A DNA stretch of 64,000 bases, taken from NCBI GenBank assembly GCA_013239625.1, contig MU054212.1, positions 8,455,084-8,519,083 on the forward strand, in the 5' to 3' direction. Below are positions 11,641-25,070 of this stretch, one piece after another. The notes under the pieces are model-generated. The model had not been told where the DNA came from. It did not search any database and worked only from the letters and a program-made list of their open reading frames with translations. Positions within the stretch are counted from its first letter, which is position 1. Every line of letters begins with the position of its first letter. Position numbers and translations under genes: made by a program. This DNA is from Lama guanicoe (lineage: Eukaryota).

Positions 11641-13630
11641 TTGAACTCTACACAGCCACGGCCCTGGTCCCTCACTGTGACCTTCACATTTCCCTCCCCT
11701 GTTTTATCTGACTACCCACCTGCTCCTGACTTTCAGCCTGCCACTCCGTTCCTCTTGCTTATCCTCACTTTTTGGTTCTTTCTGCTGCTCTCTGCTTTGG
11801 GAACATTGTCTTTCTGACCTGAGCCCTTGATGTCAAAGAGATTAGGTGGACAAAAGAGTGGAGGAGCTAAGTGTGAGCAGTGGAAATGGTTGTGCCCCAA
11901 GCTCTTCCTCTTAAAGCAGTGTCTTTTCAGACTGTGAGATGCATCAAGAAGAGAGTCAAGTAGCAACTTCTTAATATGTTCTTTTCTCTGAATTGTAGAA
12001 GTTGCTGTGCTCCTGGGGACTAATGGGTAACGTGGGGCAGTGTGAACTACATACCCTAAAAATAACCCTCCCAAGGAAACAACTAAAACTGCTGAATAAA
12101 ATTTTAAAATACATGTATTTAAAAATGCATCACTGAGCTCACAGGGAAAAAAAAAGCCCCAAAAGCCAAAAATAAAGTGAAAGTTAAATCCAGAGAGGAA
12201 AGATAGCCCTGAGGCTGGCTTTCACCTTCAGACCATCAGCCCAGCCCTGGTGACGCTGAGCTTTCATTAGGTGTCCCTTCAGGATAGGAAAACAGAAGCT
12301 AAAATCCAAGGCCTGCCCAAGTGTAGAATCTAAAAGGATATCCTGCTTAAAGCTGGGACTCCAAGGCACACAGCAATGATACAGTGATAAACTACAAATA
12401 AACTCCTGATGAAAAAGACAACAGGGAAACTTCTTAATTTGACTTTGGCATTGGGTGGAGGGAGGAAAATCTGTCCTGGTAATATGTAATCTTCAGCAGG
12501 TCTCATGTGTGTTTTGGCCTATATTCAACAGTCTCCAGGGTTTTGTAAACCTCAGTCAGAAAAGCTAAAGTAATCTCAGGCACCCAGAGAAGCAAGCCAA
12601 ATCTTTTATGCAAGAATGTAGCTTAAAGTCAGATCTTAAAGAATTTTCACAGAAAAAGATCCAAATAATGGGAGTTCACAGTCAAGTACTACAGAATATA
12701 GAAGAAAACCAGAAAAATGAGTGAAAATTAGCAGACGGCAAAAACTTATATTAATTGGAATTATTAGATACTAAATATAAAATAGATTTGCTTAATTTGT
12801 ATATAGAAATGAAAAAGGGAGGGCAAAATATGACTAGAGAAAAAGACTTAATTAAAAATAATCAAGCATAATTTTAAAGGGCGAAAGGAAGTTCTAGAAG
12901 TGAAAAATATAATAAAATTTCAAGAACAAAGGAGAAGAACAATTTAAAAAGTAGAGGATTTAAATAATGCTATAAACCAACTAGACCTAATAGTCATGCA
13001 TATAACATGCCATCCAATAAGAACAGAATATACATTCTTCTCAAGGGCACATGGAACATTCTCTAGAATAGAACATTTGCTAGGGCAAAAAAACCAAGTG
13101 CCAATAAATCATACGAGATATGTTATCTGAACACAATGGAATGAGATTAGAAATCAGTAACAGAAGAAATTTAGGATATTTACAAATAGATAAAAATTAA
13201 ATAATATGTTCCTAAATAACCAAAGAGTCAAAGAAGAAATCACAAAGAAAATTATGAAATACGTTGAGATCAATCAAAATGAAACACAAACAGGGCTTAC
13301 AGGGAAATTTATACCTGCAGATGCCTATACTTAAAAAAAAAAGAAAAATTCCAAGAGCCTACTCTTCTGCCTTAAGAAACTAGAAAAGGAAGAGCAAACA
13401 AAACCCAAATAAGCAGAAGGAACACAGTCATAAGGACTAGTGAGAAAGTAAACAAAGTCAAGAACAGAAAAACAAAACCAAAAGTTTTCTTGATTTGAAA
13501 TATCAACAGAATTGACAAAACCTTAGCTAGATTGACAAGGAGAAAAGAGGGAAGATTCAAATTGCTAAAATCAGAAATGAAGGAGGGGACATCACTTCCA
13601 ACCTTTCAGAAATAAAAAGTAGATTGCATC

Positions 13631-13677
13631 AGGGAGTACATTGCATCACTTAAGGGAGTACGTTGCATCACTTAAGG
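13631..13677. repeat. 22-bp tandem duplication
   Basis: agggagtac(a/g)ttgcatcactta twice plus agg, with a partial unit ttgcatc upstream. Confidence 0.9.
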
Positions 13678-14865
13678 CCAGGCAGTCAGTAAAACAATAA
13701 ATCTAAAAAGCAAACAAACCGTAAAAAGACAAATTAGATAAACTAAATAAAATGAACAAATTACTAGAAAGACACAAACTACCAAAACTGAGTCAAAAAG
13801 AAAGAAAAAATCTGAATAGAACTATAGGAAGTAAAGAGATGGAATTAGCAGTCAAAACAAACAAAAAAACAACCAAACAAACAAAAGAAACTTTCCACAA
13901 AGAAAAATCAAGTCCCACATGACTTCACTAGTGAATTCTATTAACTTTTAAGGAAGAATTAACACTAATTCTTCATAGTCTTCCAAAAATTAGAACAAAC
14001 ACTTCTCAACTCATTCTATGAGGCCAGTATTACTCTGATACCAAAATTAAACAAAGACATCACAAGAAAACTATAGACCAAAATTCCTTATAAATACAGA
14101 CTCAAATATCCTCATCAAAATACTAGTAAACTGAAATCAGCCGTCTTAAAAAGGATTGTATGCCATGACCAACTGGAATTTATCACAGGGACGCAAGGTT
14201 AGACTAAGGTATGAAAACCAACCCATGTAATACACTGTAGTAATAGAATGAAGGACAAAAACCACATACTCACCTCAATAGATGTAAATAAGCTTTTGAC
14301 AAAATCCAGCAGCATTTCATGAAAAACTGCTCAAAAAAACTAGAGATAAAAGAGAAATTCCTCAGTTTACTAAAGGTCATCTATGAAAAACACAGAGCCA
14401 ACAACACACTCAATGGTGAAACACTGGGTGTTTTCCCCCTAAGTGAGGAACAAGCCACTTCTATTCAACATTATACTGGAAGTTCTAACTGGGGCAGTTG
14501 AAAGAAGAAAGAAAAGGCATCTAGATTGGAAAGGAAGAAGTAAAACTATCTCTATTCACAGATGCCATGATCTTATGTATAGAAAATCCTGAGACATTCA
14601 CATTCACACACACACAAATATTAAAACTAATAAATACATTTATCAGAGTTTCAGGATACAGTATCAACATAAAAAAATTTATTTCTACATATAAGCGATA
14701 AATGATTAAAATAAAATTAAGAAAAATATATATTTACAAAAGCAATAAAAAGAATAAAATACTTAGAAATAAATTTAACAAAAAAGTACAAGACTTGTAC
14801 ACTAAGAACTACAAAACATGACTGAAAGAAATTAAGGAAGACCTAAATAAATGGAAAAAATTCCT

Positions 14866-14936
14866 TGATCATCACATTGGAGGTTAGCATTTTGACATAC
14901 AAATTTTGGGAAGACACAAGCATTCAATCCATAACA
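14866..14936 (-). mobile_element. MLT1 LTR terminal fragment within L1 ORF2
   Basis: catcacattggaggttagcattttgacata.aaattttgggaagacacaagcattcaatccataaca. Confidence 0.7.
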
Positions 14937-17689
14937 GATACCAAGACAATACAACAGGAGAAAAAAAAATCTCTTCAGAAAATGGTTCTAGGACAATTGA
15001 ATGATTAGACTCTTATCATATACGATACTGAAAATTTACTCAGAATAGATTTCAGACCTAAATGTAAAAGCTAAAAATAGAAAATTCTTAGAAGAAAACA
15101 TAGGAGCAAATCTTTGTGACCTTGAATTAGGCAGTGGTTTCTTAGGTATGACATGAAAAGCACACGTGGTAACAGAAAAAGCAGATAAACTGGATTTCAT
15201 CAAAACTAAAAAATGTGCTTCAGTGGACACCGTCACGAAAGAGAGAAGACACCCCACAGAATGGAAGAAAACATCTAGAAGTCACATATCTGATAAGGGA
15301 CTTGTGTCTAGGAATATATAAAAATCTCTTACAACTCAGTAATATAAAGGAAAACAACCAAATTTTTTTAATGGGAAAGGATTTGAGGAGAGATTTCTCA
15401 AAGAGAGATACATCAATAGAAGTGTCAGTGCATCTAAACATTGTTAAACTTTCTAGAAGAAATAGAAATAGGGTATATAATCTCCAAACTACTTAGATGG
15501 GCAAAAATAAGGTGAAGGGAGAAAAGCAGAATGAATTTTTCACAAGATGAGAAAGGACACAAGAAAAAAAAATCCAGAAAAATGGGACAAGTAGAAAGTA
15601 TAAAATAAAAGTAGGAATAGATTCAAATGTAATTTTAAATAGAATAAACTCAGTTTTGAAGACAGTTTGCTGCAGAGATTAAATAAAGCTGAGTTATATG
15701 TCATTTTCAACAGACATATCTAAAACATAAGGCACAGAGAGTTGAAAATGAAAGGACAGAAAACAATATACCCAAAACAGAAAAATAGGTGGTTTAACTG
15801 TATTAATGCCAGACAAAATGGATGTTAAGGTGAAACTAAAGGACACAGTCTCCCTATCCGCGTCAGGAGGAAATTTCTAAGGGTGCTATCTATACCAGAG
15901 TCAAATGAGTGCACTCTGCAGTCACTGAATTCTCCATACTTTGAGAAATTCAAATCTGCGGTGATGACTCTTTGATAGGTGTGTCATGGAGGACATGTTA
16001 ACATCACAGAAAGTTTGGGATTTAATGACCCTACAGTTTCTCTGTTTCCTGAAATCCTAATATTTTATCTCATTTTCCCATCGTTTTTCAGATTATTTCA
16101 TTGTTTCATGGCTAGAAGATTTTCTGATTCACCATGTTTCAGAAGAAAGCTCTGACCTTCCTGTCTCATTATGCTCTCTGATCCCTAAAGACAGTCTGGT
16201 GCACATACGTGTCTATTTAAGAGCGTGGTTTATGTGTTAGACTGTACATACATACACACGTTGGTTGGTAGGACTTCAGTTCCCTTGGCTTTAAGGTTTG
16301 TCTTCCAACCCTTTGTCTGAAAGGGATGCTGAGAAATCTGCCAGAGGAAAATGTTAGTGTCCGATCTTATCTAACTTAGTCTTATCTAACAGTTAGTTGT
16401 CTGAGTTACTAACAGATATGCAGAGAAAGATGAATATTGCAAGGCCTTCAGAACACACAACAGTTTTGAGGGTGGGGTGGGTGGCAACTGTTTGGCAATA
16501 GCATTCAGCTGTTCTTTTGCAATACAGATCCTCAGGTTTTTAACTGCTCGATCAAGAGCTATCAAAAAGATCTCAAAGAATTTCCTGGATGGTCTCCGGG
16601 GCTGGGAGTGGATCCAGCCTGCCTGCTCCAAGATACTCAAAGGGTGGGGCCCAGAGAGACCTACTTTTAACAAACAACTCTAGAGTATTCTGAATCACAC
16701 TAAGGATTGAGAAAGACGAATGTAAGGTATCTCAAAGCTTTAGTATAAAAGAAGTGAGCTCTTTTCCCACGCTTTTAAATCCCAATTTCTTTAGAATATT
16801 CCTTGATTTTTCTTTTCTCAGTTGGAGACAGAGATTATAAAGAACTTTGGAGGTAGTATTCTCACTTTATTTTTTGGGAAACCACCTCAGGTCTTTATTT
16901 CCAATAATATTTCATTTATTCTCTTCAGCTTTAAAAGGAGATGATGTCGTTACTCACCGTAATGGCAGGAGTCTGGTCTTAGTGGTTTAAGTGACCTAGG
17001 AGTGTACCCACAAGAAAAAGACAAAAATGGTCATGGCTTTATTTTCTTTGCTAGTATAGATACCTATGTTAGGGGACGTGAGTCCTAGGATCCTAAAAGA
17101 AGGTATAGCCAAAAGTCTCAAGAAGATCACCCAAGCCAGCAAAAAGCTCATTGTAGTTGTGATCAAGTTGCAGGACCAGCCAGAATGAGGGAATGGAAAG
17201 AATTAATTTCAACCTCTGTAGTCAATTACTAAATAAATGGCCTACTCTAATATAATTTAAAATGTTTATTTAAAAATTATTTTTTAATGACAGTAGTGCA
17301 AAAGGGTTAGGTAGGGGGGAAAGGGTAACTTTCACTAAAAAGAGTCAACAGAGCAAAGGCATGGCTGACTTTGTTTCCTCCACACAAAGTCACAGAATTT
17401 AATATTTTTGCCAGAAAGTGGAAAAATAAGTAGCCTCTGCTATACACAATCTCATCAGACACAAAATAAATGACCAAATTCAACCTGACTTATTAAGAAT
17501 TCATTATGTAAGAGCCATTTAAGAATTCATTCTTTACAATGTCCTCCTACAGTTTGAAACTCTCTGATGAATAATTGTGTCCCTCTTGCATGTACCCCAC
17601 GTGTCTTCAGCACTGCTGATCATGTAATAGGATATTAAAAATATCCTGTGGGTTAAAGTCGACTGTTTTTTAAAAAGCACTCATTGTGA

Positions 17690-18880
17690 ACTCACACATC
17701 CTTATGAAATTTCAGTACACTAAGTTTAAAAGAAAACTCATAAAAGCTTCCTGAGAGCAAAAACAACGCATTTACAGGAAAGTGAGAATTATATTGGCTT
17801 TCAGATTTTCCAGCTTTAGGCTGGAATACAACAGAATAATGCCTTGAGAATGCTAACAGAAAGCGTTTTGGAACATCGAATCCTATTTCTAGCTAGTTTA
17901 CCAGTCTGCAAGTCACACCGAAAGAATTCAACATTTACCTCCCTTTATGGAAAACAAAATCACTTGAGTATATGCTTTAAGAAAATGAAAATTGAAATTA
18001 CAAAGATGAAGATGTGAAATAAAAAAATAATGGCCACAACTCAGAATAGCAATAAAAAGAATCCCTATGCTGTTGGGCAGAAGGCGTAAAAGCAATTAGT
18101 TCAGAGTAAAGCACATAGTTAGAAGGCTTGCAGATAAATGTATTTGATAAGCAAATGCACTTCAACAAGTAAGTATTATTTAAAAAGTTATACGAACTTA
18201 ATTGGTAGAGTGAAGGTGATTGTTTCTTCTCTCAACAAGAAAAAAGTAAGGCAAACAGAAACTCCCTGAAAAATGCAAAGCTCTGTAGCAAAATCATGGC
18301 CTATGTAAAACAAATTACATGTAGCATGATTCTGAATAGCATATGGAGTGTAATGAATGATAAAACATTCAATCTTGGTTTTTGAAATACTATTTTTGGA
18401 GCTACATATATTTAGGAAAAGGCTAAAAGCATTTCCTTCTCCAGAAGTCCACTTACATTTCTTGATTCTGCAGAAAATAAGTACACAATTTTAGTATTTT
18501 AAGCACCCTTTATTGGATTTTAGTTTTTTGAATCAATTTATGTACAAAGCATAGAAGACCTAATTATAGTTCCAAAACAGGAGGGAAATGTTATTAACCT
18601 TTATAATATATAAGTTATGAGATGGAAAGGAAAGAGAGGATATAAAAGTGAAATTGTGTACATATCTTCATTTTTTATAATAAAGATTTGAGAGATACTA
18701 TCTAAAACAAAATGACCAAGAAAATACTTTCTTTATATATTTCAAGGTTATAAAGTGAGCCAGTGGAAGAAATACTTATAACACAACTAGAAAAAAAAAT
18801 AATTGAGAAGAGCAGGGAGACAGTGGTGGTGTTAATAAGCCCAATTCCTTATTTTTGATAAGTGGAAATCAGTAAAAGCT
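17690..18880 (+). mobile_element. HAL1 or old-L1 ORF1 C-terminal remnant and 3' region
   Basis: Translates HILMKFQYTKFKRKLIKAS*EQKQRIYRKVRI...NALRMLTE...RILFLA, similar to the L1 ORF1p RRM/CTD; no ORF2 recognised downstream. Confidence 0.55.
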
Positions 18881-18882
18881 TG

Positions 18883-19325
18883 TGTGTGGTCGATAGGATC
18901 ATTGTTCCCAACTCTTTGCTCCTTCTATGTAGTAGATGATACATCCACACTCCTTGTTGTGTGACTTTTGCCATGCTTCCTGGTGGGGCATTAGTTTCCT
19001 CCCTAATCCCGTTGACTCTGGGCTTGGCCATATGAATTATTTTGAACAATGGAATGGAAGTGACAGTGGTAAGTTCTGAACAGAGGCTTTCAGAAGTAGC
19101 CTGTGTTTCAGTTTCTTCTCTTCAGCTGTGGCCCTCTGCCATGGGAAGAGCACATCCCAAATACGAGTGGATGCTCCTTTAGCCCAAGTCACGAGGTAAA
19201 AAGATACACAGAGCCAAGGCGAACCAAGTCCAGCATGGTGGCAGCCAATGAGTCATGAGCTGGCAATAAGTATTCGTTATAAGCCATGATTTGGGGATTG
19301 TATGGCCATAAAAATGGATAAACAC
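18883..19325 (+). mobile_element. MaLR solo LTR (MLT1I/J-like)
   Basis: TG...gggcttggccatatga...aatggaatggaagtgaca...gttataagcca...tttggggattgt...aacaCA. Confidence 0.75.
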
Positions 19326-20344
19326 ACTGTCTAAAGTTGAGAAATCAAGAATTATAACTCTATTATTTAGAGTTAGAGGAGCTATCCATCAGGAGGTGGC
19401 AACCACCGAAAAAGAATTAGTTAAAGGTAGTTACCTTTGAGGATGCTGTTGGAGGAGAAAACTTCTTTGTTCCATATCTTCCTGTCCTATTTGAATTTTT
19501 AAATCATATGTATGTATTACTTTTACGTTTAAAATATATAAAGTACAGTGCATACCACTCAGGAGGTGGTATAAACCGTAAACACGTAAAACATTATAGC
19601 AACAATACCATGAGGCAGATAATTTCTATCGGGAAAAAATGCCACAGATGATGAAATTTTAGGAATTCCAGAGAGAGATCGAAAAGATCGACCTGACTGA
19701 TGAGGTTGCAGAAGGCAGAGGAAATTGCACTGCAATAGAATCCCTAGGGATCAAGACAGGTGGAGGAAAGTGGGCAAGGAAGAGACAAGCAGCATTAACA
19801 AATGTGGAGAGTGGGGACTAGTGAGGTGGGCGGTGTGACCGTAGCAGAGAATTCTTGTGGGTGAGCTGTGGGCAGGAGGGCCGGCGCAAGTGGGACCATG
19901 TCGTGAGGGGCTTGGATTGCTTGAGTAAGGCGTGTGTGGCTTTGCGAACTTGGTGTTTTCAGAAGACACAGCATGGCAGGGCTGTGTAAGATGGATTGCA
20001 TTCAGCATCCCCAGAGCTGGCAGAAACTATCTCAAGGGTCATTTAGCCATGTGGTGTGGCATATGTGAAAGTATTGCTATTAGTCACATAGCTTCTGTTA
20101 CCACACCCTTTGGGTCTAAATCTATAGAAGCATTGTGCCTCACTCCTTTGCTGGAAATGTGTAAAAAATTAATCAGATAGACTGGTGCCCCGTGGGGCTG
20201 GAAAGCAATGAGTTGGGGAAAGAAGAGGACAAGAAAATGTATTTTATAAATCTCTCACAGCCATTCTTAGCTGGAAAAGACCCAAAGTCTTCTCCTTCAC
20301 CTTGTGCTAACAATAATGTGAATTCGTATGCATGTGTAGTTAAA

Positions 20345-20580
20345 ACTTTTTTTTTTAACACCTTTATTGTGGTAACGCTCCTGGACAGTAAACCACACAT
20401 ATTTCAGATGTACAATTTGATGAATTTTGATAAATGTAACCCTCCATGAAACCACCATCCCAATATAGATAACATTTCCATCACTCCCCAAGAGGTGTGA
20501 TTTTTGAATTCCCAATTTATCCCTTCCCTCCCCCTTTAAACCCTGGTAACCATAATTTTGTTCTCTATGTCTGTGAAAAA
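20345..20580 (-). mobile_element. L1 3' end fragments
   Basis: T-run, gtacaatttgatgaattttgataaatgt...aacatttccatcac, then cccaatttatccc...ctggtaaccataa (same family as 50410-50735). Confidence 0.7.
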
Positions 20581-21257
20581 CTCGGGTCTGTCTTACTCCA
20601 TAGTACCCCTTTTGAATCAAGAACCCATTATCTCTTCCATTTCTCATTTCAAGTTCATGCCACTTGATTTCCTTCTAAGTGATGACTCCCCCAGCCCCCA
20701 CCATTCTAAGACTTGCTTCCATTGCTCTTGATGATTTTTGTACCTGACTTAGGTTTTCTTTCTATCTTGACTCCTGCTTTCCCTAACCTTTAAAAAAAAT
20801 TCACATCAATGGCTTGTCTGACTCTGTTACATTCAGTTTCTTAGGTTCACTTCTGCCCACTGCCTTCTTCACGCTGTCACTGGCCGTGTGCCCAGATGGT
20901 GCATCTTGTGCCTCATCAGTGCAAGGCCTGTGCCGCCCGTGGAACCTCAGGCTTGTTCTTCTCACTGGCTGTCCCAGCGTCTCCACTCCTCCACGCTTGC
21001 TGACCTTGGGCTCCACTGTCTCTGATCTAGCAGTTCCTAGGATTTCCCCGATTTTTCCCATACGACAAACTAATTTATAGCCCATGTAAATGTCCAGAAT
21101 GCATGTGTGGAATTCCCAATAACCAGCAATAAATCTTCCCTTTCCTCTTTGACTCATAAAAGCCTATTAGAATGCAAGAAACTGAGGGTGACCTTATTTT
21201 AAAAAATAGGAATCATCTGCAATCTGCACTAATTTACGTTTTAAAACTTTATTCTCA

Positions 21258-22290
21258 ACTTCCATTTCCAGACCAAGATGGAGTAACGTGGATGGAGCAC
21301 ATTTCCCACTAAGAGCAGCTAAAAGCCCTGGACATTGTACATGAAACAAACATGAGAAAACTCTGAAAGGCAGAGAGAAGAAGGCAATTGACTAAGGGCC
21401 TTGGGATCTGAGGAATGACGGGGTGATGAGTTCTCTCAGTTTTCTTTTTCCTCATATATCCTGGACTGAGTGCTGGACAAACTGGCATCCTGGAAACACC
21501 ACAGGAACAGATTTTTAAAAATCCCAAGAAATGCCTTCTCTTACAAGTCAATAGACCAGAAAAGGGGCAACCTAGCGAACTTTCAGACCAGGAACTACTC
21601 TATTCCAGCCAACCCTGCAGACAAAAATGTCACCTTACCCCTGTCCCAGTCAGCAAAGGCTGAATAGAGAGAGACCCATCTTCACCCTGTTATTATAAGG
21701 GACCCCTGCTGACCCTTTTAACCCCTAAAGGAGAACCAAGTGTCAGAGAGAACCAAGTCAGGAGCCAGGACTTTCATCCCAGCCCAGGTGACAGGTGACT
21801 AGCAAAAAAAAAACCAAAATAAACAAATGGCCCAACTATATGCAAGAGCATTATGCTGAGTGAAAAAAAAAAGCCAGTTTCAAAAGGTCACATAGTGATG
21901 ATTCCATTATATAACATGTTTGAATGACAAAATGATAGAGATGGAGAACAGACAGTGCTTGCCAGGGGCCAGAGCTGGTGGGGGTTGGGGAGGGGTGGGT
22001 GTGACTATGAAGGAAGAGCGTGGAGACTTTTGTGGTGGTGGAGTTGTTCTTTATCTTGATGCTGTGGTCGTTACATGTGATGAAACGGCACAGACTGATA
22101 CACACACATTGTACCAATGTCAATTTCCTGGTTTTGCTATTATACTATAGCTATAAGCTTTCTTACAAATTACAGTTATAAGATGGAACTATTGGGGGGG
22201 AATAGGTGAAGGATACAAAAGACTCCTCTGTACAGTTTTTACAACGTCCTATAAATCTATAATTATTTCAAAGTAGAAAGTTAAAAAAAG
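21258..22290 (+). mobile_element. L1MC/L1MD-like 5' end fragment joined to a 3'UTR
   Basis: ttccagaccaagatggagtaac start; gctgagtgaaaaaaagccag...gattccatt; tgtaccaatgtcaatttcctggtttt; aatctataattatttcaaa...AAAA. Confidence 0.75.
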
Positions 22291-24139
22291 AGTCATCCTT
22301 CAACTTTGATACTTGTGATTGTCATTAACGTTACAACCCAAATTTTTGTAGCTCTCTGCTTTCTGGGGACAATGCTGGGATTTACCACATTTCTCTGCTT
22401 CTTTGAAAGTTACATATGTCAGGTGGTTTGATTTGGCCGTTGAAATGCATGCGTTAAAGTGATACTTGGTGAAGCAGTGTTAGGAGACCATGTGCCATCC
22501 ACCATGTGCCCTTCTACAGTCTCCACCAAGGAGAAACTGATGTGCTGCTCTGGATTCTTCTTCAGCCTGAGTTGAAGTCTCCCCTCACCCTCAAAGGACA
22601 TGCAGTGTGGGCCAGAAAGGTATGTGTAGTTTTAAGCTACCAGGATTAGGGGCTTTTGGATACAGATATCCAGTACCGTGCTACAACCGTGAGTCACCAT
22701 TACCTGCCCATCCCTTGCAAACAAATGCCTAAGATGTACCACTCTTCTCACCAGATCCAAGGCAAGGCACCCTCCCGCCTGCTTATGATTTACATTTGCC
22801 ACCTCAAGGACTGCCGTCACCATGCTGGCGTATGCTCGCTGCCTGGCCTTACCCATGACCCCCACCCAGTGGATGAGCGGAACAAGGCTCCTGCTTCCAT
22901 GCCTTGACCCTCTTGTTCATGGGCATCAGAGCATGCAGTGGTCATGACAATGACAATGTGCTATGGGCGGGGAGTAGTTAGGGAGAGGAACAAGGGTACC
23001 CATGTTCCTGAAGCTTCAGCCACAAGGAAGGACTGCCAGGCCTTTGGTTGCCAGAAGCAAAACAAGGAGTAAAAAAAAAAAACCCTCATAGAATGACAGC
23101 ACATATGCACTCTGCATGATCACCTACTTCACCTCTTTTGACTTGTGTGTAGGCTTGTGTCTGCCTGTCCCTCTTTTAGGGTCACCCTCTTCTGTTCCTC
23201 CCCATCCTGTCAGGACATTTGACACACAATTATGTAATAGATCCTGTCTCTCTTCCTCCCACCTTCTGAGTGGGTCAGTTATTCTTGGGCACTTCACTCT
23301 GATTTAGTCAATTTCCCACATCTCTGCGTTAAGGCCAGGCAATCTGTCCAAGGTGCTATTCTCTCGCTTTCTAGCTAATTGGGAACAGACAACTAGTCCC
23401 TGTTCACAAGCTAAAAGAATATTAGCCTTATTCAGATAGTAATCATTTTAAAGAGGTCCTGATAGAAACGGTAGAAACGAGTTGATCATTCACTCAAAGG
23501 AGCAGCTTCCCTGCTGTGCTTCTCCGGGGCTGTGGTGAGGAGATGTTAGGGCAGGCAGACTACTTCATGTGGGATAGTCCACTTTTCACGTGTCTCCACT
23601 AATCAGTCTTCTAGGGATTAAGCTCTTCTATGGTCAAATCACAGAAATCATGAAAAACCCATAAATTCATGAAAAAAAATCTAAATCATACCATTATCCA
23701 GCCCAAAGGTAGCGCTCCTGCTGAAACACACATCTGCACAACTGGAGGAAGCCAGTGCGTCCGGGGCACAGGGCCAAGGGGAAACAAGAATAACACTGGG
23801 AACGATTATGTCAGTGATTCCAAGCCCTTACACTCCTTGTTGTAAAGCATCCAGCTCTTTCTTGCTCTCAAACATGCTTTATCCTTATCTGCTTTATTTC
23901 CAATTCTTTTAGTGGGTAGAGTGAAGATACATTTTTGAATGAGTAAGGGTGGGTAGATTGGAGCGTTGAAGGGTAATTGTGCTTGTTTACATAACCAATT
24001 GCCAAAAGTGCATTTTATTTCCTTGTACTATGCAAGCAGCACACCATTTTCCCTCTAAGTATTTTTCATTGCAAAGAACTGTTACAATGAGAAAAGGTTA
24101 TCCTGGGCTACTTAATGGTACCCAGATTTTGTATTTTAA

Positions 24140-25070
24140 ATGTTTTATTGAGGTAAAGTTTATATACCATAAAATTCACTAGTTTCAAATGCAGAAGTCA
24201 GTGATTTTTAGTATGCCTATAAAGTTGTGCACCCATTACTACAATCCAATTTTAGCACATCTTCATCACTCCAAAAAGATCTCTTGTGCCCCTGTGCAGT
24301 CACTCCCCATTCCCACCCTGAGCCGTAGGCAACCACCAATCGACTGTCTGTATAGATTTGCCTTCTGGATATTTTATATAAATGCAATCATACAATATGT
24401 GATCTTTTGCCTCTGGCTACTTTCACTTAGTTTAATGTTTTTGAGGTTCCTCTATGTTTTATCTTCCATGTAACTTCTGTGTATCTTTCACCCCATTTTA
24501 TTGCTGAATAGCATTCGACTGCCAAGGATATACTACATTTTGTTTGTCCATTCACCAGTTACTGGATACCTAGATTGCTTCTACTTTTTGGGCACCATGA
24601 ATAATGCTGCTATAAATATTTATGTACAGCTTGCTATACAAACATGTTTTCAGTTTTCTGGGGTAAATCCCTAGGAGTGGAGTTGTTGAGTCATATAGTA
24701 CTTTATATAACTTTTAAAGAACCTAACAAACTTCCAAAGTGGTTGCAACCATTTCACGTTTCCATCAGAAATGTAGATTAGTGTTCTCATCTCCTCACCA
24801 ACACTTGTTATTGTCAGTCTTTTCTATTACAGCCATTGTAGTGGGAATGAAGAGCTTCTTCCTTGTGGTTCTGATTTGCATTTCCCTAGTGACTACTGAT
24901 GCTGAGCATCTTTTCATGCTATCGTTGACCATTTAAATATTTTTTCATTAAATACCTATTTTCATTTTTTGCCCATTTAAAATTAGATTAGTAGCCTTAT
25001 TAAGATATTAGTTCTTATTATATTCTATTTACTAGTCCTTTATCAGGTATGATTTACAAATCTTTTTTTA
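24140..25070 (-). mobile_element. L1MB-like 3' region
   Basis: ttttattgaggtaaagtttatataccataaaattcac...aggcaaccaccaat...ttattgctgaatag...tgaataatgctgctat...gatgctgagcatcttttcatg. Confidence 0.88.

Larger units (their letters stand above)
12040..15840 (+). mobile_element. Composite L1 block: 5'/ORF1-type remnants flanking an ORF2 fragment (~12915-15415)
   Basis: A-rich sense L1: gaatatacattcttctcaag.gcacatggaacattctc, aactcattctatgaggccagtattactctgataccaaaa, gaagaagtaaaactatctctattcacagatg.catg; many stops and frameshifts. Confidence 0.88.

Noticed and set aside
13624..13677. CRISPR-like repeats
   Set aside because: Head-to-tail duplication with no spacers, in mammalian DNA, with no cas genes.
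22660..22820. Loose resemblance of the unassigned ORF to the RPL18A N-terminus
   Set aside because: Only scattered residues match and no convincing nucleotide alignment by eye, so not called a pseudogene.
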